64,000 nucleotides of DNA from the NCBI GenBank assembly GCA_944362545.1, contig CALVTJ010000001.1, forward strand, positions 64,500 through 128,499, given 5' to 3'. Each line of letters begins with the position of its first letter. Within the stretch, counting starts at the first letter, position 1. Origin of the DNA: an uncultured Clostridia bacterium. GTDB taxonomy: Bacteria > Bacillota > Clostridia > Christensenellales > UBA1242. The notes beneath the pieces were generated by a model, which was not told where the DNA came from, ran no database searches, and was given only the letters and a program-made list of their open reading frames with translations. A program made the position numbers and the translations under genes. Below, one piece after another: positions 10,661 through 22,800 of this stretch.

Positions 10661-10694
10661 AATAAAAGAACAGCATCGATCTGATGTTGCTCTT
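10661..10694 (-). terminator. Terminator downstream of typA
   Basis: The hairpin arms are 10668-10678 and 10684-10694 (11 bp, with one mismatch and one G:U). An A-run on + gives the U-tract on the minus strand. Confidence 0.5.
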
Positions 10695-10724
10695 TTTTGT
10701 TTTTATATCTTTGCTAGTTTGACC

Positions 10725-12557
10725 TTAAATTTCTCCGCGAAGCATTTTCCCTTTTGCTCTAAGGCGCATTGTGTGGTCAAGGATGATTTTTCTTATTCTA
10801 ATTGACTTTGGTGTCACTTCCAAATATTCATCATCACCCAAAAATTCAATGCAATCTTCAAGGGTCATAACTTTTGGAGGCGTCAATCTCAAAGCATCAT
10901 CTGAACCGGAAGCACGGCAGTTTGAAAGATGTTTGGTTTTGCAAACATTCACTTCAATATCTCCGCCCTTTGGGTTTTCTCCAATGACCATTCCGGCATA
11001 GACAGGCACACCGGCACCAATAAACAAATCGCCACGTTCCTGCGCATTGTAAAGCCCATAAACAACTGATTTACCTTCTTCTGATGCAATCAGTGAGCCA
11101 TAATCACGGCGGTTAATCGCACCCTTGTAAGGTTCATAATCATAGAAAATTGAGTTGATAATACCTTCTCCACGAGTGTCGGTCAAAAATTCTGACTTAA
11201 AACCAAAAAGTCCGCGAGATGGGATCAAAAATTCCATTCTCATACGCTTTCCGTGTGGTGTCATGTTTTGCAAATCGCCCTTTCTGACACCCATTTTGTT
11301 CATGACAGTGCCGACACAGTCTTCTGGGACATCAAGATAAAGTCTGTCAACAGGTTCGCACTTTACGCCATTGATTTCTTTAATCAAAACCTTTGGCTGA
11401 CTTACCTGAAATTCATAACCATCACGACGCATATTTTCAATCAAAATTGAAAGATGCATTTCTCCTCTGCCACGAACCTTAAACTTTTCAGCAGTGTCAC
11501 CATCTTCCACTCGGAGAGACAAATCTTTGACTGCTTCTTTATAAAGTCTGTCACGAAGATGCCTTGATGTCACATACTTGCCTTCCTGTCCGGCAAATGG
11601 ACTGTCGTTGACCATAAATGTCATCTCCACGCTAGGCTCTGCAATCTTTACAAATTCAATAGGCTCAATAGCATTGTCGGCACAAATTGTGTCACCAATT
11701 GTCACATCTTCAAGTCCGGCAACACAGACAATTTCTCCAAAACCGGCTTTTTCAACAGGGACGCGCTTCAATCCTTCGTAAACATAAAGACTGACAATCT
11801 TTGATTTAACTTTCTTGTTTGGGTCGTGATAATTGCATACCACAACATTTTGTCCAACTCTGATCTCTCCACGGTCAATCTTTCCAACAGCAAGTTTTCC
11901 GACATAATCATTGTGTTCGGCGGAAGAAACAAGCACTCTCATTGGAGCATCCAAATCGCCCTGTGGTGCAGGAATATAGTTGATGATTGTCTCAAAAAGT
12001 GGATTCATGTTTGTGCCTTGAACATTTGCATCTGTGGAAGCAATTCCAAGTCTTGCAGAAGCAAAAACAAACGGAGAGTTCAATTGCTCTTCATTTGCAT
12101 CGAGTTCAAGGAACAATTCCAAAACTTCATCAATAACTTCTTTGATTCTAGCATCCGGTCTGTCAATCTTGTTGATGACAACAACAACCTTCAATTTGAG
12201 AGCAAGAGCCTTTTCAAGCACAAATCTTGTCTGTGGCATTGGACCTTCAAAGGCATCAACCACCAAAAGCACGCCATCGACCATTTTGAGAACTCTTTCA
12301 ACTTCTCCACCAAAATCGGCGTGCCCCGGAGTGTCAACAACATTGATTTTTACACCATTATAAAAACAAGAGGTGTTTTTTGACAAAATTGTGATACCTC
12401 TCTCTCTTTCAAGTGCATTGCTGTCCATAACTCTGTCTTCAATGACTTGATTTTCTCTAAAAACATTCCCCTGTTTGAGCATTTCATTGACCAAAGATGT
12501 TTTTCCGTGGTCAACGTGAGCAATAATAGCGACATTTCTAATTCCTGTGTTTTCCAT
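10725..12557 (-). CDS. typA: Translational GTPase TypA/BipA
   Basis: IRNVAIIAHVDHGKTSLVNEMLKQ, DTPGHADFGGEVER and NKIDR are present, and the length of about 610 aa is BipA-like. The start is set at MENTGIRN (ATG at 12557), 8 nt after AAGGA. Confidence 0.9.
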   Translation of the reverse strand: MENTGIRNVAIIAHVDHGKTSLVNEMLKQGNVFRENQVIEDRVMDSNALERERGITILSKNTSCFYNGVKINVVDTPGHADFGGEVERVLKMVDGVLLVVDAFEGPMPQTRFVLEKALALKLKVVVVINKIDRPDARIKEVIDEVLELFLELDANEEQLNSPFVFASARLGIASTDANVQGTNMNPLFETIINYIPAPQGDLDAPMRVLVSSAEHNDYVGKLAVGKIDRGEIRVGQNVVVCNYHDPNKKVKSKIVSLYVYEGLKRVPVEKAGFGEIVCVAGLEDVTIGDTICADNAIEPIEFVKIAEPSVEMTFMVNDSPFAGQEGKYVTSRHLRDRLYKEAVKDLSLRVEDGDTAEKFKVRGRGEMHLSILIENMRRDGYEFQVSQPKVLIKEINGVKCEPVDRLYLDVPEDCVGTVMNKMGVRKGDLQNMTPHGKRMRMEFLIPSRGLFGFKSEFLTDTRGEGIINSIFYDYEPYKGAINRRDYGSLIASEEGKSVVYGLYNAQERGDLFIGAGVPVYAGMVIGENPKGGDIEVNVCKTKHLSNCRASGSDDALRLTPPKVMTLEDCIEFLGDDEYLEVTPKSIRIRKIILDHTMRLRAKGKMLRGEI

Positions 12558-12598
12558 AATCATTTCCTTCTTTTCGCTTAAATAATCACAACTGAAAT

Positions 12599-12627
12599 AG
12601 TATAACACATTTTCGCCTAAAACTCAA
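12599..12627 (-). promoter_or_regulatory. Candidate sigma-A promoter of typA (TTGAGT-17-TATACT)
   Basis: Read on the reverse strand, TTGAGT is at 12627-12622, the spacer is 17 nt, and TATACT is at 12604-12599. The spacer contains TTTAGGCGAAAAT (12621-12609). Confidence 0.45.
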
Positions 12628-12671
12628 TATTTATGCGGAATATTTTGTTTTCCACACCTTTACCTTCACAC

Positions 12672-12780
12672 AAAAGAAAAACGACAAGTCCAAAAACTTG
12701 TCTGACATCGGCGAACAATCGCTACACAATTTCTTGTGCTGTCTGCGTTTATTATACATCTTTCCATGATGCTTTGTCAA
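12672..12780 (-). ncRNA. Orphan promoter plus terminator unit; candidate ~75-80 nt sRNA or attenuator upstream of typA
   Basis: On the reverse strand, TTGACA (12780-12775) is followed by an 18-nt spacer and TATAAT (12756-12751). About 50 nt further on is a GACAAGT/ACTTGTC hairpin (12702-12683) followed by GTTTTTCTTTT. No RBS-preceded ORF lies inside the unit. Confidence 0.4.
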
Positions 12781-12987
12781 CACTTTTGACTTGACATAGT
12801 GCACTCCCCTTTTTAAAGCACACATTTTTTTGTTAGAGCACACTACTTTTTCAAAAAAACACTTAAAAATTCAAAACCCAACTTTAGATTGTAAAAAATT
12901 GACAACAAAAACAGCAAAATGTTCAAAAAATCAACTTCCATTTTCAATTTTCGAAACATTTTTCTTCTCTAAATCAACAACAAAAAA

Positions 12988-13842
12988 TTACTTTTGTTTT
13001 CTTTTTCTTAGCACCAAAAACGCCACCAACATTCCAATACCAACAAAACCAAGAGCAAAACCATACCAGACAGGTCTGTTTGCAAAACTTACCCAAAAAG
13101 TAATTTGGTTATTCTCTTCAAGGTCATTCAAGGTCTTGACAAAAACATTATGTGAAAAAGTTTCATCTTGATGCATCAAATCGCTCTTCAAAACATTGGA
13201 CTGTGAAGCAAAATCATAGATAAAAACACTCTCATCCAAAATTGATAAAATTGCTTGCCTGTCATCTTCGCCAAACTGTTCTGCTTCACACCAGGAAGAC
13301 ACCGCCATGGAAAAAATTGCTTGAAAACTCTGTGCAGATTGCACACTTGACATCGGAAAAGTGGTGGAAAGTGACACTTTTTTGATAAAAAATCCACTTT
13401 CTTTGCGTGCCGAAGAGTTTTCTGTTTCTTCATCTTCCACACCAAAAAACTTCTTTTGTGCATCCAAATTGTCAAATTGAATGGAAAAACCAATGCCATC
13501 CACATCAACAAAATAGTCACAACCTCCAACCTGCGAACCTTCGGTTTGTTTCTGTCTGTTTGCCTGTGCCAAGGCATTTACATAAGTGGTTAAACAAAAC
13601 TTGAAAACACTGATTTCGTTTTCATTATATCCCAAATTTTCCAATCTTTGCGAGTTGACAGGAAAGACATAGGTCAAAACAATTCTGCCAGAGTTTTCTG
13701 CTTGTCTTATCACTCTAAAAGCATTTGGTTGTGTCACAATTTGTGCAACCGGCGTTTCATTTTTTGAGCAACCACCCGAAAAAATTGCCCCCACACAGAA
13801 ACACAAACACAACAAAAAAAGAGTATAAATTTTGTTTTTCAC
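12988..13842 (-). CDS. Hypothetical lipoprotein with C-terminal TM anchor
   Basis: The signal peptide carries the lipobox IFSGGC SKN, and a C-terminal hydrophobic helix is followed by RKRKQK. The gene sits 43 nt downstream of the giant surface protein gene, so co-transcription is likely. Confidence 0.6.
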   Translation of the reverse strand: MKNKIYTLFLLCLCFCVGAIFSGGCSKNETPVAQIVTQPNAFRVIRQAENSGRIVLTYVFPVNSQRLENLGYNENEISVFKFCLTTYVNALAQANRQKQTEGSQVGGCDYFVDVDGIGFSIQFDNLDAQKKFFGVEDEETENSSARKESGFFIKKVSLSTTFPMSSVQSAQSFQAIFSMAVSSWCEAEQFGEDDRQAILSILDESVFIYDFASQSNVLKSDLMHQDETFSHNVFVKTLNDLEENNQITFWVSFANRPVWYGFALGFVGIGMLVAFLVLRKRKQK

Positions 13843-13884
13843 ACTATATTTATACTCTTTTCGTTTTTAATTTATTCAATCAAA

Positions 13885-16800
13885 TCAAATCGATACATCG
13901 CCCTGATGCAAGTTGTTCTCACTGATGTTGCGTGTGTTTAATGTTCCATAGTTTGCCACGCTCTCAAGAGTTCCTCTGCCATAGTCTGCCACGCCGGCAA
14001 TGTAAACTGCCATGCTATTTCCTGCTTGTGTACATTCAACACTTATGTTGAAATAATTTGCACAATTTCGTATTGTTCCCGCTGTGGTGTTTGTGTTGAC
14101 AATGCCCGCAACCTGTGCCGTGCCTGTTCTTTCTTGGAAAGTGACATACATTATGTTATGAGTTTCACTGTCGCCACCAACCGAGCAATCTTCAATTGTA
14201 GCATAGTTGATAAAAGCAATTCCACTTACAAAAATGAGTTGTGCTTGATTTCCATCATTGATTGTCATGTCAGTGCTTACGGTGGAATTTGATATTCTTG
14301 CCACACTGCCAGTGTTGCGCGATACTATGCCACTGTAAATCATAATGACACGCGTGCCTGGTGTTGAACGTCCAATAAAGTTGCTTGAAAATCCAACAAG
14401 ATTGATGTTGTCAAGCCTACCACCGTTTGTTATAGCAAGAGAAGCAATGAGTGAGTGATGTGGTATATAACTGTTGTTTGAAGACAAGAAGGAAGCATTG
14501 ATTTGCAGGTTGCTGATTGCAGAGCCTGATGCCAAGGTCTCAAACAGGGATGAGCCATATCTGTAAGTTGTCGAAGTTTCTGTGCTTGGTCCAAGAACAT
14601 GACCTTCTGCAACCAAAACATCCTGTGAAAGTGGAGCAACTCCGCTTGAAATGTAGGTTATTGTAGAACCATTGCCTTCAATGATGCCCTCAAATTCACC
14701 AGCAAACAAAATGCCATTGATATATGTTTCGGTGTTTCCATTTTCACTCAAAACAAGGTCACTCTCTATTAAGAAGTAATATTGCTCTTCTTCATTGACT
14801 TCTCTGCCATTTTCCACATAATTTACAAGCACATTATCTTTTTTCATACGCTTTGCAATGTTTTTGAACTGCTCTTCATTGACAATTCTATATGGATTTT
14901 CACTTGTTCCATCCCCGCTTTCAAACAGGTTAAATGCCACAAAATCCGTGCCTTCATCACTTGTATAAACAAGTTCTTGTGATTGAATGTTTGTGTCTCC
15001 AAGTTTGACGCTGACCGAAATCCTTATCTGGTCGGTGATGATTGATGGAGCAAACTGTGTTTCAGTCGTGGTGTAAGTGCGAACAATTTGATTTGGTTCT
15101 GCACCATAAGTCACCTCAATAATGTAAACAGGTTGGATGATTGCCGATGTCGCAACAAGATATCTATCTCCGCCGACTTCTATCAAAGTGTTTTCGCCCT
15201 CGTTTGCCACCACGGTAAACATAGTGCTGGAGTCGAGAGTTTCTGTTTCCACAACAAATCTCTGCCATTCATAAGAACTTTCGCTGATGTAATATATCAT
15301 GCTTTCATACATGATTGTCGCAACACCATCTTGCACATCTTCAACCGACACAACCGTGCCAGCCTCCAAGATGATATCGGCAGATTCTTGCATTTGTGAA
15401 TCGGTGTAAAGTGTGACTTGTTCTGTCAAAACATTGCCTTCGCTCACTTTGTCCGCTTCAGGTGAACTGTTGAAGGAATAATATCCACCATAATTCCATG
15501 TAAAGACTTGATTTTCTTCATCCCAAACAATCTTGCTGTCTGCTCCCCAATTTGAGCGTTGCAAAGTGAACTGTTCACTCACATCGCTGTAAATTGTGTT
15601 TGCTATCATGAGGTTTTCAACTTCAAAGGTTATCTGAGCAATTTGGTCTTCTGATATCACAATGTATTGTGTCACATAGAATTCTGGATAAGAACTTATA
15701 AGTTTCACATCATCTTCGCTTCGCAAAATGTAGAGTTTATATTGACTTATGTTAAACTCAATCTCTCTTTCTTCAACAGGTTCGCCATGTGAGACAATGT
15801 TGATGTTGATTCTTACTGTGTTTGAGTTGTTGTCAGTAAAGTATGCTGACATATCTAGAGTTTCAAGTCCACCTTGAGAAGTGATTGTATAATCATCTGA
15901 TGTTATTGTGCGAAGTTTTGTCACTTCAATTGTTCTGCCAAATGATTTGATAATCACATCATCATTTTGTCTGCCCTGTGTGGTGTAAACTGTCAAAACT
16001 TGAGTTCCATCCTGCATTGCACCAGCATCTTCAACAAAGCGTATGCTAAACACATTTGTGGAAGTTTCTTGTTGCTGATAAATTGCGTCCACAACAAGTT
16101 GTCCGGAAACTTCATTTCCATCTTCATCCATGACAATAAAGTCATATTGCTGGAAGAACATGTCTTCGTCAGTTATAGAATTGGTCGTGGTGTATGTCCA
16201 ATACAATGAACCATCTCTTACCTGCAATGAGCCTTCATCCACAGGTGCCAATCTGTCAATTTGTCTCAAAATCGCACCGTTGCCCATCAAGATGTAAATG
16301 TCGCTATCCGCATATTGCAAATTGCCATATGCATAGCCACCTTCAACAAGTGAAACATATGCGCCTGTCGGCAAGGTGTCTGTCACATTTAAAGCCAAAG
16401 CCTGAACAGTTGCTTTGAGATAAGATGTGTCATCGGTCACAACAATTTGGTCTTCATTTATGATTGTAAAATCAAAGAAGTTTTCTGTGGTGTAATAATA
16501 ATATTCTTGTCCGACATTTGTTTCTGTTTCGCCCCCTTCTGTGCTTGAAGGAACATATTGCACAACGGTCACTTTGTAAATGATATCCGCTCTGTCTGTG
16601 CTTGGGATTGTCATTGGTTCATCTCCAGCTTTTCCAGTGACATCATCCCAATGCAAAATTCCGTTTTCTATCCAAACGTTTGAAAGTGTGTCGAGCATTG
16701 ATGCATGAATTGTTGCCACTTCACTTCGCACAGCCACGCTCTTGTCTGACTTTTCTCCTGTTTCTATGTCAAGACAATAGATATGCTTTAAATAATATGC

Positions 16801-19800
16801 GCTTTCATCATCTTCAATCTCAAAACCTGCAGTTGTGCCAAGGCTGACAACATGGAATTCTCTTGCAACTTCTTCGGTGCTCTTATATTCATAATCTGGA
16901 TGTGTCACATCCATGCCTGTCGTACCTGCTTCGTAATAGACAATTTCGCTTGCACTGTTTTGGTCAGAGAAGTAAATTGTCTCATTTTCATCGCTGTTGT
17001 AAAGCACATAGTTATATAAACTTCCATCCGAATAGCATATACTTGCCGAATGGTCAGGACTGTCAATACCGAGCATGCTGATGTTTGCCGAGTCATCGAT
17101 GCCAATGTAGCCATAGTTGTTGTTCAAAGTTGGACTTGCGAGTTTGTAAACATTTTCAACAATATAAATTTCGCTGTCCACAAAGATAGATTGAGCACGA
17201 ACTTCACCGAAAAGAACAAACTTGATATAATCATAAAGCCCATTTCCAAGACCATTGAGCGAAAATGTGGAAGTAGCCATTGTGCCATCAATTTCTGTCA
17301 CTTCTTCTTGCGAACTTGTGTTTTTCTTGTATATCACACTTGTTTTTCTGTTGTTGACCGATCCCCAAACAAACTGTCCATTATTAATGGCAAAGGTATC
17401 GTTGAAACCCAAAAGTGTCAAACTGAAAAATTCTGACTTGCTGGATGTTGAAAAGTTTGTTCCAACCGCATAAATTTGCATCTTATAAGTATGCCCAGAT
17501 TGTACAACAGAATTGTATCTTCCCATAATAGAATTTCCGTTGTTCTGGTTGAGATAAAACATCAAATATGGACCATTTTCTGTGGTTGTTCCAGAAGCAT
17601 CTGTCTCATAAACAGACACAGAGCCTTCCACATCTTCATCAAGCAAAGTTAAACTCCAATTTGTAATGCCTTTTGTGATGGCAAAAACAAATCTGTTGCC
17701 GGCATCATCATAGACAACCATGTTATAACCTTGCGCATCCATCAAAGAATAAGAACCGCCAACATAATCATAAATTTGACTTTTTCTGACAAGCACTTGG
17801 TAGGAATTTATTGATATATCTGTTGGATTTTCCACTTTTCTGGCACTGACAGATGGCTCACCGTTTACATATATAACATTTTCGCCATTGTTATTTTTAA
17901 ATTCGTACCATGAAGAGCTTAAAGTCACGTTGCTTCCAATCAAGCAATACTCCATCCTATAACTTCCAGTCTGCAAAGCTTCAAAAATATCATCAAAAAG
18001 CACTTGTGCGTTTGCCACCCCAAAACTGCCCCTGTTTACGATGTTCTCTCTAAATTCTCCAATCAAATTTCTGGTAGAAGAGTCAGAGGCGTTTGTATAG
18101 ATTTCGTTTAATCTACCCTCTATGTCATAGTCATTTTCTGTGCCAAAATCTAGCAAGCTTGCAAGCAAATATTTTGCGTTTACATCAAAAATTTTTCGCA
18201 TCCCTTCGTTTCCACTTGTAAGTGGGGTGAAGCGAAGACGCATTGTAATGTTGTCATCCACAAGTTGTTGAAGTGAAAATGTAAATGGACTTGAAAACAT
18301 TTCGCTTGTAATTGTTTTTGCAATATCTTCAAATGATCCATCTCCAGTCAGCTCTCTATAGAAATCTCCATCCTCACTCCAATCAATATACAATTTGCCA
18401 TCCTGCAACTTGATTGGTGATGTCACCTGATTTTTTCTAACCAAAACAGGTTCATTACTTCCTTCTGCAACATCCACAATAAACACTCTGTTTGAAGGCA
18501 ACAAGAATGGATTTTCTGAAATACTTTGAACAGCAATGTAATATTGATTTTCTGTCCCAACAAAATCGGAGGCATTGAAAGATGAGCTAGCTGTGGCAAA
18601 ATAGTTGTATCTCTCTCCTAAAATATTGCCATTAAGGTCAATGATGAAGTAAACATAATATTTGTCAGTTTTTTCTCCGCTGATATCCCAATATAGTGAG
18701 CCGGCTGAAAGTCTAAGATTTTGAACTTCCGGTAATTTTTCAAAAGTAAATGAGTTTTCATCACCACCTTCAAACCAGTCTGTCAAAATAATTTTGTCAT
18801 CAGAACTTTGCACTTGCAACCTAGAAAATGCCACTTCAAATGTTCCAGACATGGTAAATAAGTCTTCTTCCTCAAACATACTTGTCAAATTGATTACATA
18901 GACATTTTGTCCTTCAAAATAAGCATGTCCTGTCATCTGCTGTGATGAACGGAATTTAATGGATGTGAAATCGCCTGCATTGTCATCGGCAATGTGTGTT
19001 ATGCGAACAAAAATTCCGATTGTCTGCAAGTCTGCACTGTCATTGTTGTTAAACACAGCAAATGTGTTTGCATAGTCTTCTGGATAAACAGAATCTTCGC
19101 CCAAGTCGCCGACTTTCATGATTTCTTTAAATGAGTTTTCACTTGTAAGCGCGAATGTAAATTCATATGCTTTTGAAATTACATAACTTCCTGTGATGCT
19201 GGCTGATGTTCGATATGACCAAAAATAAAGTTTGAAATTGTCATTCAAATTTATGTCGCAACCTTGTTCAATCAAACCATTTATGATTTCTCCCAAAGAA
19301 TAAGAATGTATAGATTGCATGTCAGTATCAGCATCAGAAAAGTATGCCGGAACAAACCCAAACACATCTCCCGACATGATTGCATTTTCTTCAAGACCAA
19401 CATAGAGTTTTGTGAAACTGTTTGAAATCATTGTAAATGCCAAAAGTGAAGGTATGTTCTCATTATAGCCGACATCAACAATGCTTTCATTGACAATAAA
19501 GGTCAAATCGTTTCCAACTGTTGTCAGTGGCATTGAATCTAAAACAAAGTCAAAATCTGCAGATGTTGCTGGGCTTTCAATTGCACTTCCGACAACTATT
19601 ATTTCAACATTAAACAAAACACCTGTTGCAATTTCACTTGAAACATTCAAAGTTGTGGAAGCCGATGTTGCTTCAATCACCTGCCAACCTTGAAGTTCAG
19701 TGTCCCCTGTGGAATCGACTAACCTATACATATAAGATGTGCCGGCAACACTTGTAAATGCAATTCTGCCAAATTCATCAACAATGATATCCGTTGTTTG

Positions 19801-22800
19801 AACAGGATTTCCCTTGACTGTAGCATTAAAAGTGAGCGCAAATGAATTATTGTATCCGCTTCCGCCTATTGTGACAAGGTCAAACACCACCTCAATGTCG
19901 CTCATAAGGTCAAATGCAGTCAGCTTGTCATAAGCAATCAGATCTTCAAAATTTCGACCAAAAATCTGTTCAAGAGTATAAACTACTTTTCCATCAGATG
20001 CACCTTGTGTGCCATGCTCAGCATCATAATCCGCTGAGTTGAAAACATAGAGTGGCGCTGAATGTTCTGTATCTGTTTTTGCAAACATCTTCAAAATATA
20101 ACCATCCGAATTTGCAATTTCATCCCAAGACAATGTGACTGTTGCCATGTTGTCGACATCTCTTTCCATTGTCACAACATCGACACTCGCAATACGGTTT
20201 AACTGAAAACTTACTACGTTTATAACGGAGTTTATATAATCATTTTCGGATGCAAATATCTCAAGTTCATAACTGCCATTTGCCCAACTGTTTGGAAATT
20301 CAAAGTAAAATTCGCCATTTCTATCTGCAGGAACTTCAAACCTTGAGGCACCATATTGCACCACATAAACTGTGTTAGCATTGTTGAGAGAAGAATCAAT
20401 TACAAATCCACCATCGCTATGTGTGACCTGTTCCACCTGTTTCAAAACATTGTATGTCTGACTGGTCACAAGAGTTGGCGCAGGAAGATAATAAATTTTG
20501 TTTTCATCATCGGCAAAACTTGCAATATAAGCAGAAATTTGGATTGTTCCGCCATCTGCAAGATATTCTTCAAAAAACTCACTCATATCATAAGTTAAAC
20601 TTTCACTAACAGAATTTACATCTACATGACGATATTCTGTCTGCTGTTCTCCGCTTGCCGGCTGATATGATATCTGCAAATTTACCCCACCTTGTGAAAA
20701 ATCAAGATTATCAGGATTGAATGTCAAAACAAGATTTTGTGTAAACTTATCTTCATTTTCTTTAAATGCCACACTCTGCAAATCTACCACTCTTGTAATT
20801 TCAACTATCCCGGAAGAAGATGGAATCGCTGTGTCACTCAACGCCATGATTTTCACTGTCAAGGTTTGCCCTGGTTGAATGGTGTTGTTGTAATATTCCC
20901 TTGTCAACGTGAAAGTGTATGTTCCATCGCTTTGAGCAATGTTTGTGGTCATAATTGGAAAGTCACTGTCGTTTAGATAAATGGAAAATCTTCCGCTGTT
21001 GCCATAATTCCCAACAAACGAAACTTGAATATCTGGGAATTGAGCATTTTCAAGTCCGCTGTAAACAAACTCCACCTTTGTCACATTTGGTGTGGCCAAT
21101 TTTGTCACTGTCTGGTCGGAAGTGTAAAGATAATGATGATTTTCAGTGTTCCCATTCAAAAGTTCGACATCAAGAGAATAATAAACTGTTCCACCCGCAA
21201 CGACTGTGTAAGTTCCGTTTCCAAGAAGATATGCGGATACCCCAATTTCTATATCTCCTGCTGCGAGGGCTGAAATAGATTGATAAAGTTCGGTGTTATC
21301 TTGCAGATTTAAAGTCGTATCTGTAGTGTTGTATGTGACAGTCTTTCCTGTCGTATCTCTGAATATTACAAGATAACTCAAACTGCCAATTCCGGCATTT
21401 GCGCCAAAAGCATTCCAAGAAAGAAGATTGTTTGAAAATGTCACATTGTTATCACTTGGAGCAAGCGTGTCCATCTCTGTCAATGTCCAAGTTGAAGGCG
21501 CACTATCAAGATAATGGGTTGCAGAATTTTCATTTTCAATTGTCCTACCAATCACTGTAAAGGTGTAATTTCCACTGCCTGTGATTTCGACAAGTCCGCT
21601 GGTGTTAGATGAGGTAGATAACAAAGCATCCACTTTGACATTTTCCACGAAATCTCTTTCGGCCGTTGCAATTTCATAACTCAAATTGCCATCAGCAGTC
21701 AAAGTCACACGAGGAATCCTGGAAAGCCTATAAATTGTTATAGTATTTGAATTTGCTGACTCAAGATAATATGGGTTTTCTGCTTTGATATAAAATGTGT
21801 AATAAGTTGACAAATTAAATGAGGTATTTGCAAAGTTATAACTCAAACCACTGACAATTGATGAGCCAAATGGTTCATCATCCAAAAAGACCTGATAAGA
21901 AGTTTCACTTGCTACAGTTTCTTCTGTTTCAACGGCCTGCCAAGAAAGAGTATAGTCAGTGTCTGAATAAGCAAACTCAATCTGCGGCGTTATCATTTTT
22001 TCGACCTTCAAACTTGTACTTGCAGAATTTCCATAAACAGAAGCATATGGCGAAGAAAGGTATATGACAGAAGAATCATTTTCAATCACATAAGCATAAA
22101 CTGAAAAATCAATTTCTGTTGATTGGTTGTAAACTCCAGAAATTTGTTCATTTGCCTTCAACTGTTCTACCAAAGTGTCAAGATTGATTGTAATTGCCGT
22201 GCCAGAATATGACACAACATCACTTCCGACCGCAAGTTGAATTTCCTGTCCTTCATATTGCACAATGACAGTGTCATCCAGCCTTATTGTCAAAAGATTG
22301 TCACCATTTGGTGTTATGCAGTTAAGGTCCAAAACATAATAATCCGCAATTGAAATAGCATCATGGTCAAAAGTAAGTTTCCCATCATAATATCTAAAAT
22401 TTGTCGGTGCTTGCAAGCGTGCAAATTGCAAAGTTGATTCCATACTATCAAGATAAATTTTATCATCCGTTGCTTGATAAATACCTTCTTCATTCAGCTT
22501 TGTTCCATAAAGCGTAAATAGCAGTGAAAAGTCATTGAGCGATGAAATGTTTAAAGAAGGATATGCATCATCTCTGTCTGAAACATTGCCATCATTATAC
22601 CAAATTCTTCCACCAGTGACACCATCTTTTTGTTTTAATGTCACTCTTGATGTAAGTTGGTCAATATCAAGGTCTTCAAATGTCACTTGACCCAATCTTT
22701 CCACAGTCAAAACTGTCGGGTCAGTTGCCACATATATCATTTCATCATCAGCATGTCCAACAACAGTTATGGAGATTTCAGTGTTTCCTTGTGCAAAGTT

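Noticed and set aside
11826-12383. 185-aa and 109-aa plus-strand ORFs inside typA
   Set aside because: They are antisense shadow ORFs of a conserved GTPase gene, with no RBS and no recognisable motifs.
13188-13577. 129-aa minus-strand ORF in an alternative frame inside the 12988-13842 lipoprotein gene
   Set aside because: It is an out-of-frame overlap with a longer ORF that has a proper signal peptide and lipobox, and there is no independent evidence for it.
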